DNA of 64,000 nt from Treponemataceae bacterium (GTDB taxonomy: Bacteria; Spirochaetota; Spirochaetia; Treponematales; Rectinemataceae), in the NCBI GenBank assembly GCA_963667725.2, contig CAXXHO010000003.1, positions 1,024,001 through 1,088,000 on the forward strand, read 5' to 3'. This document shows, in pieces, positions 20,396-30,354 of this stretch; within the stretch, counting starts at the first letter, position 1; every line of letters begins with the position of its first letter. The notes beneath the pieces were generated by a model that saw only the letters and a list, made by a program, of their open reading frames with translations, was not told the DNA's origin and made no database searches. The position numbers and the translations under genes are program-made.

Positions 20396-21667
20396 TTGTC
20401 GCAGGAATTCATGATTTTTCTCGTAATGGTTGGCGTATTCATCGTAGGATGTTTCGCGGTGAAATGGCCAGTCTCCATCTCCATGCTCGTGGCATCGGTC
20501 GCCGGCGCGCTCGCGGGGGGGCAGGGGATACCTATCCGCCATCTGGTCGAGGGCAGCTTCGGCTACGTCGATACGATTCTCACCATCGCCACGGCCATGA
20601 TCTTCATGAGCACGTTCAAAGAATCGGGCGGGCTGGAAGGTCTTTCCACCGCCGTAATTAAGCGTTTTCATAAAGTGCCTTCCGTACTGCTTATTCTCTT
20701 GACCTTCGTGGCAATGTTCCCCGGCATGATAACGGGATCGTCCAGCGCCGCTGTCCTGACCGCGGGCGCGGTGATAGCCCCCATCCTGGCTTTGCTCGGC
20801 ATCCCCGGCAGCAATGCCGCGGCTCTTATCGCGATGGCTGGTATATTGGGAATGATAGCTCCGCCCGTCAACCTTCCCGCGATGATCATCGGCGGAGGCA
20901 TCGACATGCCCTATATGGGATTCGAGATTCCCCTGCTTCTGCTCACGGTTCCTCTCGCCGTTTTCTCGGCGCTGTGGTTTGGCTATCGTTACGCGAAAAA
21001 AACCGACATGTCCAAAGTGCTCGCCGCGCTGGATACGACGATGCTTAATAAATATGGCGCCCTGCGACTTTTTTCGCCGGTCATTCTCGTCGTTCTGCTC
21101 ATGGTGACCGATAGGCTTTTGCCAAAATATTCCAATTTCGGCATGCCGCTCATTTTCGCGATCGGAGCCGCCCTTGCCTGCTTCACGGGCAGAAAATTCA
21201 ACATCTTTTCCGCCGCGAAGACCGCGATAGGGCAGGCGCTTCCGGTGCTCGGCATTCTCGTCGGCGTCGGCATGTTCATACAGATCATGACGCTCACGGG
21301 AGTCAGAGGATTCATCGTCGTAAACGCTTTGTCGGTCTCCCCGGCGATGCTCTATATCGCGATAGCGGTAATAATCCCGCTTTTCGGGGCGGTGTCGGCA
21401 TTCGGCGCGGCCAGCGTTCTCGGCGTTCCCTTCCTGCTCGCGCTCCTGCAGAAAGATCAGATCATCACGGCCTCGGCGCTTTCGCTGATCGCGGCATTGG
21501 GCGATTTCATGCCGCCCACGGCGCTGTCGGCCATCTTCGCCGCTCAGGTTGTGGGATTAAAGGGCTACGGCTCTACATTGAAGAAACTGATTTTCCCGGC
21601 GCTTCTCGTTGTCGCATGGGCGCTGATATTCATAATTTTTTCGAAACAGATTCGCGCATTCATATAA
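20396..21667 (+). CDS. DctM/ion-transporter-superfamily permease, copy 1
   Basis: About 11-12 TM; RHLVEG, APPVNLPAMI, PPTAL. Start reassigned to TTG 20396 after AGGGGG because the track start lies inside the hairpin. Confidence 0.8.
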   Translation: MSQEFMIFLVMVGVFIVGCFAVKWPVSISMLVASVAGALAGGQGIPIRHLVEGSFGYVDTILTIATAMIFMSTFKESGGLEGLSTAVIKRFHKVPSVLLILLTFVAMFPGMITGSSSAAVLTAGAVIAPILALLGIPGSNAAALIAMAGILGMIAPPVNLPAMIIGGGIDMPYMGFEIPLLLLTVPLAVFSALWFGYRYAKKTDMSKVLAALDTTMLNKYGALRLFSPVILVVLLMVTDRLLPKYSNFGMPLIFAIGAALACFTGRKFNIFSAAKTAIGQALPVLGILVGVGMFIQIMTLTGVRGFIVVNALSVSPAMLYIAIAVIIPLFGAVSAFGAASVLGVPFLLALLQKDQIITASALSLIAALGDFMPPTALSAIFAAQVVGLKGYGSTLKKLIFPALLVVAWALIFIIFSKQIRAFI

Positions 21668-21679
21668 AAGGAGGCCGCG

Positions 21680-21829
21680 ATGCTGACGACTATTATCTAT
21701 CTTGCGATTCTCGCGGTCGTGCTGGGGCTCACCGTATGGTGTCTCTTGACCTCGAAAAAACCCAGTGAACAGGCTACTGCGGCGATGGTGATCGTGCCTC
21801 TGCTGCTTCGGCTCTTTCTAATAAACTAG
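21680..21829 (+). CDS. 49 aa membrane microprotein, copy 1 (below the ORF-track cutoff)
   Basis: AGGAGG RBS; MLTTIIYLAILAVVLGLTVWCLLTSKKPSEQATAAMVIVPLLLRLFLIN; paralogue at 47108. Confidence 0.85.
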   Translation: MLTTIIYLAILAVVLGLTVWCLLTSKKPSEQATAAMVIVPLLLRLFLIN

Positions 21830-21838
21830 GAATATGGC

Positions 21839-23005
21839 ATGAAAAAACATCAAATTACGGCAGCTATTTTCCTCATGCTCGCTCTCGGCGCCGCGATCGC
21901 GGCAGGCTTTTCTTTCCTCTCGATGCGAAAGGCTGAACCCATCGTAAAGGGTCCCGGCGTCTCGGAAGTTAAAATGCTCTCTGACTGGTTTCCCGGACTG
22001 AAGGGATCAGCGGGTGATACGGAAGTATACATCCTTAAGTCGGCAGCCTCGCCAGATGCGATGACAACGACAAAGACAGAGACGGTACCCGACGCGTCCA
22101 TGCTCATCTTGGGCGGCACTCATCCCAATGAACCTTCCGGCTTCATGGCGGCCGTACTGCTCATTGAAAACGCCCTGCCTTTATCAGGAACATTCTATGT
22201 CATACCAAGAGCTAACGCTTCCGGCTTCACTCACAATGACCCTCAGGAAGGATCGCCCCAGCGTTTCAGTATAAAAACCGCCAACGGATCCCGCACTTTC
22301 CGCTATGGATCACGCGCCACCAATCCGATCCATCAATGGCCAGACCCGGACGTCTATATACATGCTTCCTCGGGGCAAAAGCTGTCAGGAAGCGAAACGC
22401 GCAACCTCAATCGCGGCTATCCAGGCAGGCCGGACGGAACCCTCACCGAAAAGGTATGCTACGGCATAACTGAGATGATCAAGGCTGAAAAAATCGCCAT
22501 CACCGTCGATCTCCACGAGGCCTCGCCTGAGTACCCCGTGAATATGGCCATGGTAGCCCATCCCAAGTCCATGGACCTGGCTTCTTCTACCGTCATCGGT
22601 CTCGAAATGCAGGATATCGCCATAAGTCTCGAGCCTTCGCCCGTGAACCTGCGAGGGCTGACGCATCGCGAGTTAGGCGATTTTACCGATACATTGCCTG
22701 TGTTGATGGAAACGCCCAACGCTTCCCAGGGACGCCTGCGCGGCAAGACCGACGAAGCGCTTGTCCTGACCGGCAAAGACAAGTGGTATGTGCGCGCCCA
22801 GAAACTGGGCCGTCTCTACGTGCCCTACGATGAGAATGGGCATCCTCTGGAGGAACGCGTGGGAAGGCATCTCGCGGGCATTTCGGAACTGGCTTTTTCC
22901 TGGACGATGCTCAATGAAAACCGTCCTCTGGAATTTTCGGGACTGCCCACTTTCGCGGAAATCCAGGAAAAAGGATTGGGAACCTGGCTGAAAGACGTGA
23001 ATTGA
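21839..23005 (+). CDS. M14/succinylglutamate desuccinylase-aspartoacylase family hydrolase with N-terminal anchor, copy 1
   Basis: GGTHPNE (HxxE), RNLNR, DLHE. Confidence 0.85.
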   Translation: MKKHQITAAIFLMLALGAAIAAGFSFLSMRKAEPIVKGPGVSEVKMLSDWFPGLKGSAGDTEVYILKSAASPDAMTTTKTETVPDASMLILGGTHPNEPSGFMAAVLLIENALPLSGTFYVIPRANASGFTHNDPQEGSPQRFSIKTANGSRTFRYGSRATNPIHQWPDPDVYIHASSGQKLSGSETRNLNRGYPGRPDGTLTEKVCYGITEMIKAEKIAITVDLHEASPEYPVNMAMVAHPKSMDLASSTVIGLEMQDIAISLEPSPVNLRGLTHRELGDFTDTLPVLMETPNASQGRLRGKTDEALVLTGKDKWYVRAQKLGRLYVPYDENGHPLEERVGRHLAGISELAFSWTMLNENRPLEFSGLPTFAEIQEKGLGTWLKDVN

Positions 23006-23016
23006 TCGAGCCGAAA

Positions 23017-23634
23017 CTATTGTTTTTTCGAGAACCGGCCCGCCAGCTCAGCGATCCAAGCGCCCTGCGCCTTCGCCGCTCCAAGCTCGTGTTCGCTCGG
23101 CATTCTGGCGCCGTCGCCGCCGGCTATGGTCGTCGCGCCGAAGACCGAGCCGCCATTGACCTCCGTGGTGTCGAAGAGGGGCGGATACTTGGCGTAGGGC
23201 AGGCCGACGACGACCATGCCGTGGGCGAGGAGCGTGCTATGCACATGATGAATCGTCGTGACGGCGCCGCCGTGCTGGGTCGCGCTCGAACTTATCACGG
23301 ATCCTACTTTGCCCACGAGTCCGCCCCGTCCCCACACTGATCCGGTGGAATCGAAGAAAGCTGCCACCTGGCTCGGCATATTCCCGTAGCGGGTGGGCAC
23401 GCCAAAGATGATGCCGTCGGCCCATTCGAGGTCTTCCGGCGCGACGAGAGCCACGCCCGCAAAGGCTTTTTGAGCCTCGATCGAGTGCGTGATGGAGAGT
23501 ACGTCGGGCGACAACGTCTCGGCAATGCGCAGGAGCTTCACTTCGGCTCCCGCGCTTTTCGCGCCTTCCTCGGCCGCCTTGGACATCTGATACATATGGC
23601 CGTACATCGAATAAAAGACTATCGTGATCTTCAT
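23017..23634 (-). CDS. wrbA: NAD(P)H:quinone oxidoreductase
   Basis: YSMYGH, PTRYGNM, TQHGG flavodoxin motifs. Confidence 0.92.
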   Translation of the reverse strand: MKITIVFYSMYGHMYQMSKAAEEGAKSAGAEVKLLRIAETLSPDVLSITHSIEAQKAFAGVALVAPEDLEWADGIIFGVPTRYGNMPSQVAAFFDSTGSVWGRGGLVGKVGSVISSSATQHGGAVTTIHHVHSTLLAHGMVVVGLPYAKYPPLFDTTEVNGGSVFGATTIAGGDGARMPSEHELGAAKAQGAWIAELAGRFSKKQ

Positions 23635-23686
23635 GGATCGGCTCCTTAAATCTGCTGGCTGAGATAAATGGCTGTGTTCATCTGAA

Positions 23687-24310
23687 TCAGTTCGAAAGAT
23701 TGGATTCGGCGAAATCCCAGTTTATGAGCTTTTCCAGAACCAGGCCGACATAGTCCGCGCGCCTGTTCTGGTAATCCAGATAGTACGCGTGTTCCCAAAC
23801 ATCGATGGTCAGCAGCGGTTTCAAACCCGATGTCATCGGCGTTTCAGCATTGCCGGTTTTTACAACCTTCAACGTGCCGCCGTCCATTACGAGCCACGCC
23901 CATCCGCTACCGAACTGGCTTGTCGCCGCGGCCAGCAACTCTTTTTTGCAGACGTCCAGGGAACCGAACGAGGCGTCAATTTTTTTCCTCAACGCGGCGG
24001 AAAGTTCGGTGCCGGAGAAGGGCGCGAGACTGTGCCAATAGAAAGCGTGGTTCCATGCCTGGGCCGCATTGTTGAAGATCGCCGCTTTATCCGTCTTCCC
24101 GGCTGTCCGAAGGATGATTTCCTCGAGCGACAACGCCGAAAGTTCCGTTCCAGCGATGAACTTGTTCAGGTTGTCGACATAGGCTTTGTGATGCTTGCCG
24201 TAGTGGAAGCCGATCGTCTCCGCGGAAATTACCGGGGAGAGAGCGCTATCCGCATAAGGCAGAGGCGGAAGAACGATGACGGTCGCTTTTTGAGTCTTGT
24301 CAGTATCCAT
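23687..24310 (-). CDS. sodB: Superoxide dismutase, Fe-type residues
   Basis: [24 protein letters not shown]. Confidence 0.92.
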   Translation of the reverse strand: MDTDKTQKATVIVLPPLPYADSALSPVISAETIGFHYGKHHKAYVDNLNKFIAGTELSALSLEEIILRTAGKTDKAAIFNNAAQAWNHAFYWHSLAPFSGTELSAALRKKIDASFGSLDVCKKELLAAATSQFGSGWAWLVMDGGTLKVVKTGNAETPMTSGLKPLLTIDVWEHAYYLDYQNRRADYVGLVLEKLINWDFAESNLSN

Positions 24311-24326
24311 ACTTTTTACTCCTTTT

Positions 24327-25151
24327 TCATTTTTTGATAAAAGCCAGAAGATCGGCGTTGAGCTTCGACTGATGCGTATAGGAAAGTCCGTGCGGCGCTC
24401 CGGGATAGATTTTCAGCGTGGCGTCCTTGATGAGCGCGGACGAGCGAAGGGCGGAAGCCTCGATCGGGACTATCTGATCATCGTCCCCATGAATGATCAG
24501 CGTGGGCACATCGATTTTCTCCAGGTCTTCCGTAAAATCGGTTTCGGAGAATGCCGCGATGCAGTCCAGCGTATTCTGATGGCCGGCCTGCATCCCCTGA
24601 AGCCAGAACGAATCTATCATTCCCTGGGACACCTTCGCTCCGGCGCGATTCGCTCCAAAGAAGGGACCCGAGGCGATGTCGCGGTAACATTGGGAGCGGT
24701 CGGCGATGGAATTGGCGCGAATCGAATTGAACGCTTCAATCGGTAGACCTTTCGGGTTGCCTGGCGTTTTCAGCATCAGGGGAGGAACGGCGGCTATAAG
24801 GGCGAGCCTGGATAATCGTTTCGTGCCATGACGGCCGATATAGCGGACGGCTTCGCCGCCGCCGGCTGAAAAGCCGACCAGAGCCAAGTCTTTCAGATCG
24901 AGCGTTTCAATGAGCGTCGAAAGATCGTCGGCATAGGTATCCATGTCATTGCCGATCCAGCTCTGTTCCGAGCGGCCGTGTCCTCTTCGATCGTGCGCTA
25001 CGCAGCGGAATCCATTGGAAGCGAGGAATACCATCTGCGCTTCCCAGCTGTCGGAGTTGAGGGGCCAGCCATGACAGAAAACCACGGGTTGCCCGCTGCC
25101 CCAATCCTTGTAATAAATTTTCGTGCCGTCTTTCATCGCGATAATGCTCAA
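24327..25151 (-). CDS. Non-heme chloroperoxidase/arylesterase (alpha/beta hydrolase)
   Basis: [32 protein letters not shown]. Confidence 0.9.
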   Translation of the reverse strand: MSIIAMKDGTKIYYKDWGSGQPVVFCHGWPLNSDSWEAQMVFLASNGFRCVAHDRRGHGRSEQSWIGNDMDTYADDLSTLIETLDLKDLALVGFSAGGGEAVRYIGRHGTKRLSRLALIAAVPPLMLKTPGNPKGLPIEAFNSIRANSIADRSQCYRDIASGPFFGANRAGAKVSQGMIDSFWLQGMQAGHQNTLDCIAAFSETDFTEDLEKIDVPTLIIHGDDDQIVPIEASALRSSALIKDATLKIYPGAPHGLSYTHQSKLNADLLAFIKK

Positions 25152-25172
25152 GATGGACTCCTTTAAAAATTA

Positions 25173-26648
25173 CTAAACGCGTTTGAAGTTTATAAAGCCG
25201 CGCTCCACATCGGCGCTGATCAGTTGGACTCGCAGCGTTTGCCCCACGTCCAGCCCCTCAAACCCCTGTTCAAGCCTTCCTTCGAGGGGGGGGGCGGTGA
25301 TTCGCACCCACGTGCCCTTATCGGACGCGCCGGTGACGATGGCCTCGAAAAGGTCGCCGATCCTTTTCTCGAGGAGGATCGCCGCCGCCGACTTGATGAG
25401 CTGCCGCTCGACTTTTTGGGCCGCATCCTCGGATTCGGTGCAATGCCGCGCGAGAATCTCGAGTTCTTCGATAGAGTAGGGAAGGGGTAGTCCTTCGATG
25501 GCGGCCTTCAGAAGTCTTTGGGTGATCAGGTCCGGATACCGGCGGTTCGGCGCCGTGGAATGCGCGTAATCCCCCACGGCGAGGCCAAAATGCCCTTCGC
25601 TTGGGCTTCCTGGCGCCTGGACGACATATTCGCCTCTGCCGAGTAGCTTGATGATGCTGAGGGACAAGTCGGGAAAATGAAGAGGGTCGGTCTTTTTCGA
25701 TGCAGCCAGAAAACTTTCCAGCGCTTTAGGATCGGGTTTAAGGGGCAAGGTCGTGCCGCGTTCGGTGGCGATCGCCATTATTCGATCCCATCGCTTGGGC
25801 TTCCGGACGACCCTGCGAATAGCGGGGAAATGTTTGGAGGCAAGAAAACGAACGGTAATGCCGTTCGTGGCTATCATGAATTCTTCTATGATTTCTTTTG
25901 CCCGGTTGCGCGTATCCGGTTCCAGGTTGACGAGGGTATCGCCCATAAAAACGGGCTTTGCCTCGATCGTTTCGAGCATGAGCGCGCCTTGTTCGTGCCG
26001 CAGTTTCTTCATCTTCTGCGCCATGGAATCCTGCAGGCGAAGGCTCTCTTCCATGCCGGCGACGACGCTTATTTCCTGCGGAATGGGACCGCTGCCATCG
26101 AGCCAGGCCGCCACGCTGTTGTAGGAGAGCCGCGCCCGGTTACGTACCTTAGCCCTATAAAGGGAAGAGCGCTGTATAGCGCCTTTTTGGTCGAGCGTCA
26201 TATCAATCACCACGGCGAGACGATCGGCGCTAAAATTAAGCGAAGTTAAATCCGTGGAAAGTTTTTCTGGAAGCATGGGAAAGACTTCGGAAGCCGTATA
26301 GACGGATGTCGTGTTTTGCCGCGCATGAAGATCGATGGCGGATTGTTTTTTAACGATGGCGTCAACATCAGCGATTGCCACCAGGATCCTGGCATCGCCA
26401 TTGTCCGATGATTCGGCGGCTGTAAGCTGGTCGAGGTCACGCGAATCGTCGTTATCGAGGGAGCACCAGAGAAGATTGCGGGCATCGGTTAAAGCCGTGG
26501 CGTCGGTTTCGACCGCCGGTCCCGTGACTTTCTCGAGCTCGGCGAGCGCCGCGCGCGGAAAATCGGGAGCAAGTCCCCGCTCGATCATTACCCTGTGCGC
26601 GATCTCGTCGAGAAAGCCTCGATCCCTATGCTCGTTTGTTTTCATCAT
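25173..26648 (-). CDS. RNB-domain ribonuclease (RNase II/R-like, no cold-shock domains)
   Basis: SLDNDDSRDLDQ, IEEFMI, HSTAPNRRYPDL, C-terminal S1; start uncertain (26648 or 26705). Confidence 0.88.
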   Translation of the reverse strand: MMKTNEHRDRGFLDEIAHRVMIERGLAPDFPRAALAELEKVTGPAVETDATALTDARNLLWCSLDNDDSRDLDQLTAAESSDNGDARILVAIADVDAIVKKQSAIDLHARQNTTSVYTASEVFPMLPEKLSTDLTSLNFSADRLAVVIDMTLDQKGAIQRSSLYRAKVRNRARLSYNSVAAWLDGSGPIPQEISVVAGMEESLRLQDSMAQKMKKLRHEQGALMLETIEAKPVFMGDTLVNLEPDTRNRAKEIIEEFMIATNGITVRFLASKHFPAIRRVVRKPKRWDRIMAIATERGTTLPLKPDPKALESFLAASKKTDPLHFPDLSLSIIKLLGRGEYVVQAPGSPSEGHFGLAVGDYAHSTAPNRRYPDLITQRLLKAAIEGLPLPYSIEELEILARHCTESEDAAQKVERQLIKSAAAILLEKRIGDLFEAIVTGASDKGTWVRITAPPLEGRLEQGFEGLDVGQTLRVQLISADVERGFINFKRV

Positions 26649-26728
26649 CGTTATCTCACAATAGTAAATAAGGGAAGCGGGAAAGGTCTGTGCGGTATCG
26701 AACATATGTGGCCTCCGCTAAATCTGCA

Positions 26729-26772
26729 TTGACAAGTTTTAGTTCAAGATATATATTGACAAATATGTCAAT
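26729..26772 (+). promoter_or_regulatory. tetR promoter with overlapping palindromic operator
   Basis: TTGACA(26729)-17-TATATT(26752); ATTGACA-N4-TGTCAAT at 26755-26772. Confidence 0.7.
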
Positions 26773-26786
26773 CATAAGGAGAGACC

Positions 26787-27359
26787 ATGTCGCCACGAAC
26801 CCAGGAAGCCAATGACGCCCTCCATGCGGAAAGGCGAAAGACAATTCTGGATGCGGCTCTGCATGTCTTCGTGGAGAACGGTTTCAACGGGACGCGGATG
26901 CAAGAGATAGCCAAGCGATGCGCTTTAAGCTACGGGCTGGTCTATCATTACTTCCCCGCCAAGGAAGCGATATTCGCGACGCTTGTGAACATGGCTCTCG
27001 ACGCGGCCGAACTGTTGCTATATTCCCTTCCTCAGGGCGCGGAGCCCCAAGGCTTCGGCTCTCTCGCGGGTTTCGCCGTTTCCGACCCGTCACCGCTCTA
27101 TTTTGCCATAATCGTGGAGGCATTGACGAAGAAAAGCGTAGCGCCAGAACTGAAAGCCCGCGCGAGGGAAACGATACTGAGCATGAAGACCGCTTTGGCC
27201 TCGGCTGGGAGCGGCGAATCCCCAACCGACGATGCAACGAAAGGCGAGGGGATACTTGCCGTACTTCTCGGCGCATCGATCATGAAAATCTGCCGCCTGT
27301 CGGATGGAACTTTCGCTTCGCGTTCGGCGATGATTTTAGCCGCTTCTGGAAGGAAATAG
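26787..27359 (+). CDS. TetR/AcrR family regulator
   Basis: ILDAALHVF..GF.GTRMQEIA...GLVYHYFPAKE. Confidence 0.92.
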   Translation: MSPRTQEANDALHAERRKTILDAALHVFVENGFNGTRMQEIAKRCALSYGLVYHYFPAKEAIFATLVNMALDAAELLLYSLPQGAEPQGFGSLAGFAVSDPSPLYFAIIVEALTKKSVAPELKARARETILSMKTALASAGSGESPTDDATKGEGILAVLLGASIMKICRLSDGTFASRSAMILAASGRK

Positions 27360-27610
27360 GATATGGAAGCGAGGAGATCGCCCCTTTTCGCATGCTGCCT
27401 GGCTCGACGACCGAAGCCTCTTCTTCATACTCCCAGCTCTTCTCGATCCAAAAATTATTGGCGGAGAGACCCGGTTCGTGCTCGTGCGTACCGAGGGCGG
27501 CCAACGCGCGGCGATGCGGCTTCGCGCGGAAGGTGTTGCCGAGGTGACCGATTACGCCGGGAATTTCGCGTATCATCCTGATCGACGCCGCTATCCTGAG
27601 GAGTGAATGA

Positions 27611-28033
27611 ATGAGCAATCCGCTGGCAAGAATTCTTATCGCGATCGGAAGTTCGGCTTCCATAGGTTTCGGCATCTGGCATTTTTTCGTCCCAAAGGAT
27701 TGGAAATGGTATTCGTATATCGATGCGCGCGCGACCGAGTTGATCATCGCGGTACAGGCGATTAATATCTTTTTTTCACTCGCCCTCGTCCTGTTTGGCT
27801 TGATGAATCTATCGCTGATAATCGGGAACAAGTCAAATAGATACTCCATCGCGATCGTACTGGGGGCGACATGTATACTATGGCTTACGAGAATATCGAT
27901 GCAGATAATCCGCCCCCAGGGTTCGATGAGTCCAACGCTTCAATACTCGATGCTTTCATCATTTATAGCTATTTCCCTCTGTTTCGTCGTTCCGCTGGTT
28001 TTGGTGCTGGTAAAAAAGGATTATTGCCGATGA
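27611..28033 (+). CDS. Hypothetical 4-TM membrane protein
   Basis: 140 aa, four hydrophobic segments, GAGGAG RBS. Confidence 0.7.
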   Translation: MSNPLARILIAIGSSASIGFGIWHFFVPKDWKWYSYIDARATELIIAVQAINIFFSLALVLFGLMNLSLIIGNKSNRYSIAIVLGATCILWLTRISMQIIRPQGSMSPTLQYSMLSSFIAISLCFVVPLVLVLVKKDYCR

Positions 28034-28052
28034 TCGCCTCGCAAAACGATTT

Positions 28053-28382
28053 TCAGGCAACGATTACATCAGGCACTTTAGGCCATCGAAGCGAAATGAC
28101 GCTGGTGACCACATTGATGATGCGGCATTCTCTCGCGGTCGCGAGCGTAGAGACGAGGATCATGATGCTTGGAATGACCATCAATAGCGACGCGGAAAAA
28201 AGACTCATTTGTGAAAAATCAAGAAATCCCATCTTACCGCTTGTAATGCTGCCGATGGTTCCGGGCCGAAACAGCGAAAAGATATCGCAATAAATATAGA
28301 GACACATCAGAGCGATCCATGCGGACATTATGATGAGCTTTATATTAGCTTTTTGTTCCACGAGAGATAATTTCTTTGCCAT
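28053..28382 (-). pseudogene. DUF6326-like membrane protein, probably 3'-truncated
   Basis: WIALMCLYIYCDIFSLFRPG motif; hydrophobic pattern breaks off after about 95 aa. Confidence 0.55.
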
Positions 28383-28522
28383 AAAAACCCCTTTTATAAA
28401 CGAATAAAATGACTGTCTTCCTGAGTGCCGCGCCAATAATCTTTCTCAATAAAAGACAGGGGAAGAATAGGCAAAACCATCGTGGATGTCATTGATCTAG
28501 GTTAAGAACGATCGGGAATATT

Positions 28523-28774
28523 TTACTTCCTCGTCGGGCGAGAAAGCCTCTTTCGTATTCTGCTCAAGGATTCGGGCTTTACCCCGAGGTAACTGGCAAT
28601 TTGATATTGAGGAATCCTCTGGAGCAAATCCGGCCGCTTTTCTACCAAGTCCGAATAGCGCTCCTAGGACGTCGAGGTCCTGTAGCGAGCGAGGCTTTCC
28701 TGAAGTTTCGCCGCCATTATCTCCGACATGGCCAGGCACACCGACTTCAGCTCGGGATATTCGGCGAGTATTCT
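28523..28774 (-). pseudogene. Crp/Fnr-family regulator 3' remnant
   Basis: Manual translation ...[43 protein letters not shown]; in-frame TAG at 28664-28666; 5' part cut by the IS. Confidence 0.85.
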
Positions 28775-28868
28775 TATAATGAGCCGCGATAACTGGACAG
28801 GAATAGAGACAATATAAAGTGGACCGCTCCTCCTTGCAGAACGGAAAGAAGGAGGCATAGAGTTAGCT

Positions 28869-29171
28869 ATGAGAAAGCGGTACGACAAAGAATTCAAGGC
28901 CAAAGTAGCCTTGGAAGCCCTGAAGGGCGAAAAGACTCTGCAGGAACTGGCGATTACTTACTCGGTCCATCCGAACATGATCGCGCTCTGGAAAAGGCAA
29001 CTTTCGGAGCACGCATCGGCGCTCTTTGAGAAAGAAGGGAAGGATAAAACAACAGAAGACGCCACGAGGCAAAAGGATGAACTGTACAAACAGATAGGAC
29101 AGCTCCAAGTGGAGAACGACTACCTTAAAAAAAAATACAAACAACTGTACGGGACCGATCCGAAATGGTAG
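28869..29171 (+). CDS. IS3 transposase OrfA
   Basis: RKRYDKEFKAKVALEAL HTH; A9 slippery run at 29127-29135. Confidence 0.92.
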   Translation: MRKRYDKEFKAKVALEALKGEKTLQELAITYSVHPNMIALWKRQLSEHASALFEKEGKDKTTEDATRQKDELYKQIGQLQVENDYLKKKYKQLYGTDPKW

Positions 29172-30001
29172 AAGCCGATCATCCCGAGCTCTCAATAGCG
29201 CAGCAATGCACGATCCTCGGGATAGCTCGATCATCTTACTACTACCAGCCTAAGGAAGCTCCGGAAGATCATGATTTGGCTATTCTGGAAGCTATCCTCG
29301 AGGTGCTGAAAGAGAAACCGTTCTACGGTTACCGTAGAATAGCAAGGGAACTGATCTATTTGGACGTTACACGAAAGCAAGTTCGAAGGATTATGAAGAA
29401 AGCCGGATTACGGGCGATCTATCCTGGACTTCAGCTTTCCAAACCGTCCAAGGGTTCCAAGAAATACCCCTATTTACTTAGGGGGATGAATATTTGGCTA
29501 CCGAATCAGGTGTGGGCGTCTGACATAACCTATATCAAGCTTTCTGGCGGTTACGTCTATCTGGTTACGATAATTGACCTGTATTCCAGGAAGATTCTGT
29601 CCTGGCGGGTTTCTAACACCATGGATGCCCAATTTTGTGTGTCGGCACTGGAAGAAGCAATTGCCCATTACGGAGTACCAGGCATTTTTAACACAGATCA
29701 AGGAAGCCAGTTTACTTCTGACGCCTTTGTGTCGGTGCTGGAATCTCATGGAATACAAATCAGCATGGATGGCGTAAACAGGGCGCTGGACAATATCTTT
29801 GTAGAACGGTTCTGGAGATCCTTGAAGTACGAGGACATTTATCTCAAGGATTACCGAACTATGACGGAGCTGAAAGATGGGCTGGCTCGCTACCTTAGGT
29901 TTTATAACAGTGAGCGATTCCATCAATCGCTGGAGTACGAAACTCCAGACACTATTTATTGGAGTAAGTTCCCGGCAAGGGAACTCAAAGAAGCTGTATG
30001 A
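29165..30001 (+). CDS. IS3 transposase OrfB (DDE), -1 frame
   Basis: WASDITY, NTDQGSQFTS, DNIFVERFWRSLKYE. Confidence 0.95.
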   Translation: MVEADHPELSIAQQCTILGIARSSYYYQPKEAPEDHDLAILEAILEVLKEKPFYGYRRIARELIYLDVTRKQVRRIMKKAGLRAIYPGLQLSKPSKGSKKYPYLLRGMNIWLPNQVWASDITYIKLSGGYVYLVTIIDLYSRKILSWRVSNTMDAQFCVSALEEAIAHYGVPGIFNTDQGSQFTSDAFVSVLESHGIQISMDGVNRALDNIFVERFWRSLKYEDIYLKDYRTMTELKDGLARYLRFYNSERFHQSLEYETPDTIYWSKFPARELKEAV

Positions 30002-30062
30002 GAGGAGAAGGTGTCCACCTTATTCCTGATTCTTTTCTGTCTAGACAGGTGGGCTCATTATA

Positions 30063-30354
30063 GTGTTAATCGAGCCCTGGATAACATCTTTGTTGAGCGA
30101 TTCTGGAGATTCTTGAAATACGAAGACATTTATCTTAATGATTACTAGACAATGTTGGAACTAAAAGCTGGTATTTATCGGTACATCATGTTTTACAACG
30201 GTGAGCGATTTCACAAGTCTCTGGAGTATGAGATGCCATACTTTATCTATAGAAACGTTTTCAAAGAACAATAATCAGCCAACTTCGCGTAGAAAGGGAG
30301 GACCATACACGGATGAATCTGTTCTTTTCTGTATTGACAACAATATCCAATAGA
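30063..30354 (+). pseudogene. Degenerate 3' end of a related IS3 element
   Basis: VNRALDNIFVERFWRFLKYEDIYLNDY*TMLELK...FYNGERFHKSLEYE, followed by the IR-like TTCTTTTCTGTATTGACA. Confidence 0.85.

Larger units (their letters stand above)
28775..30062 (+). mobile_element. IS3-family insertion sequence, copy 1 (1288 bp)
   Basis: Imperfect terminal IRs TATAATGAGCCGCGATAACTGGACAG / TATAATGAGCCCACCTGTCTAGACAG; orfA+orfB; boundaries defined by identity to copy 2. Confidence 0.95.

Noticed and set aside
28664..28666. In-frame TAG codons (also 30146) as recoding or pyrrolysine
   Set aside because: Both lie in already truncated remnants and no pyl genes are seen; they are simple nonsense mutations
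28523..28774. Missing C-terminal half of the integrase left of IS copy 1
   Set aside because: It translates as a Crp/Fnr HTH tail with no HxxR or catalytic Tyr
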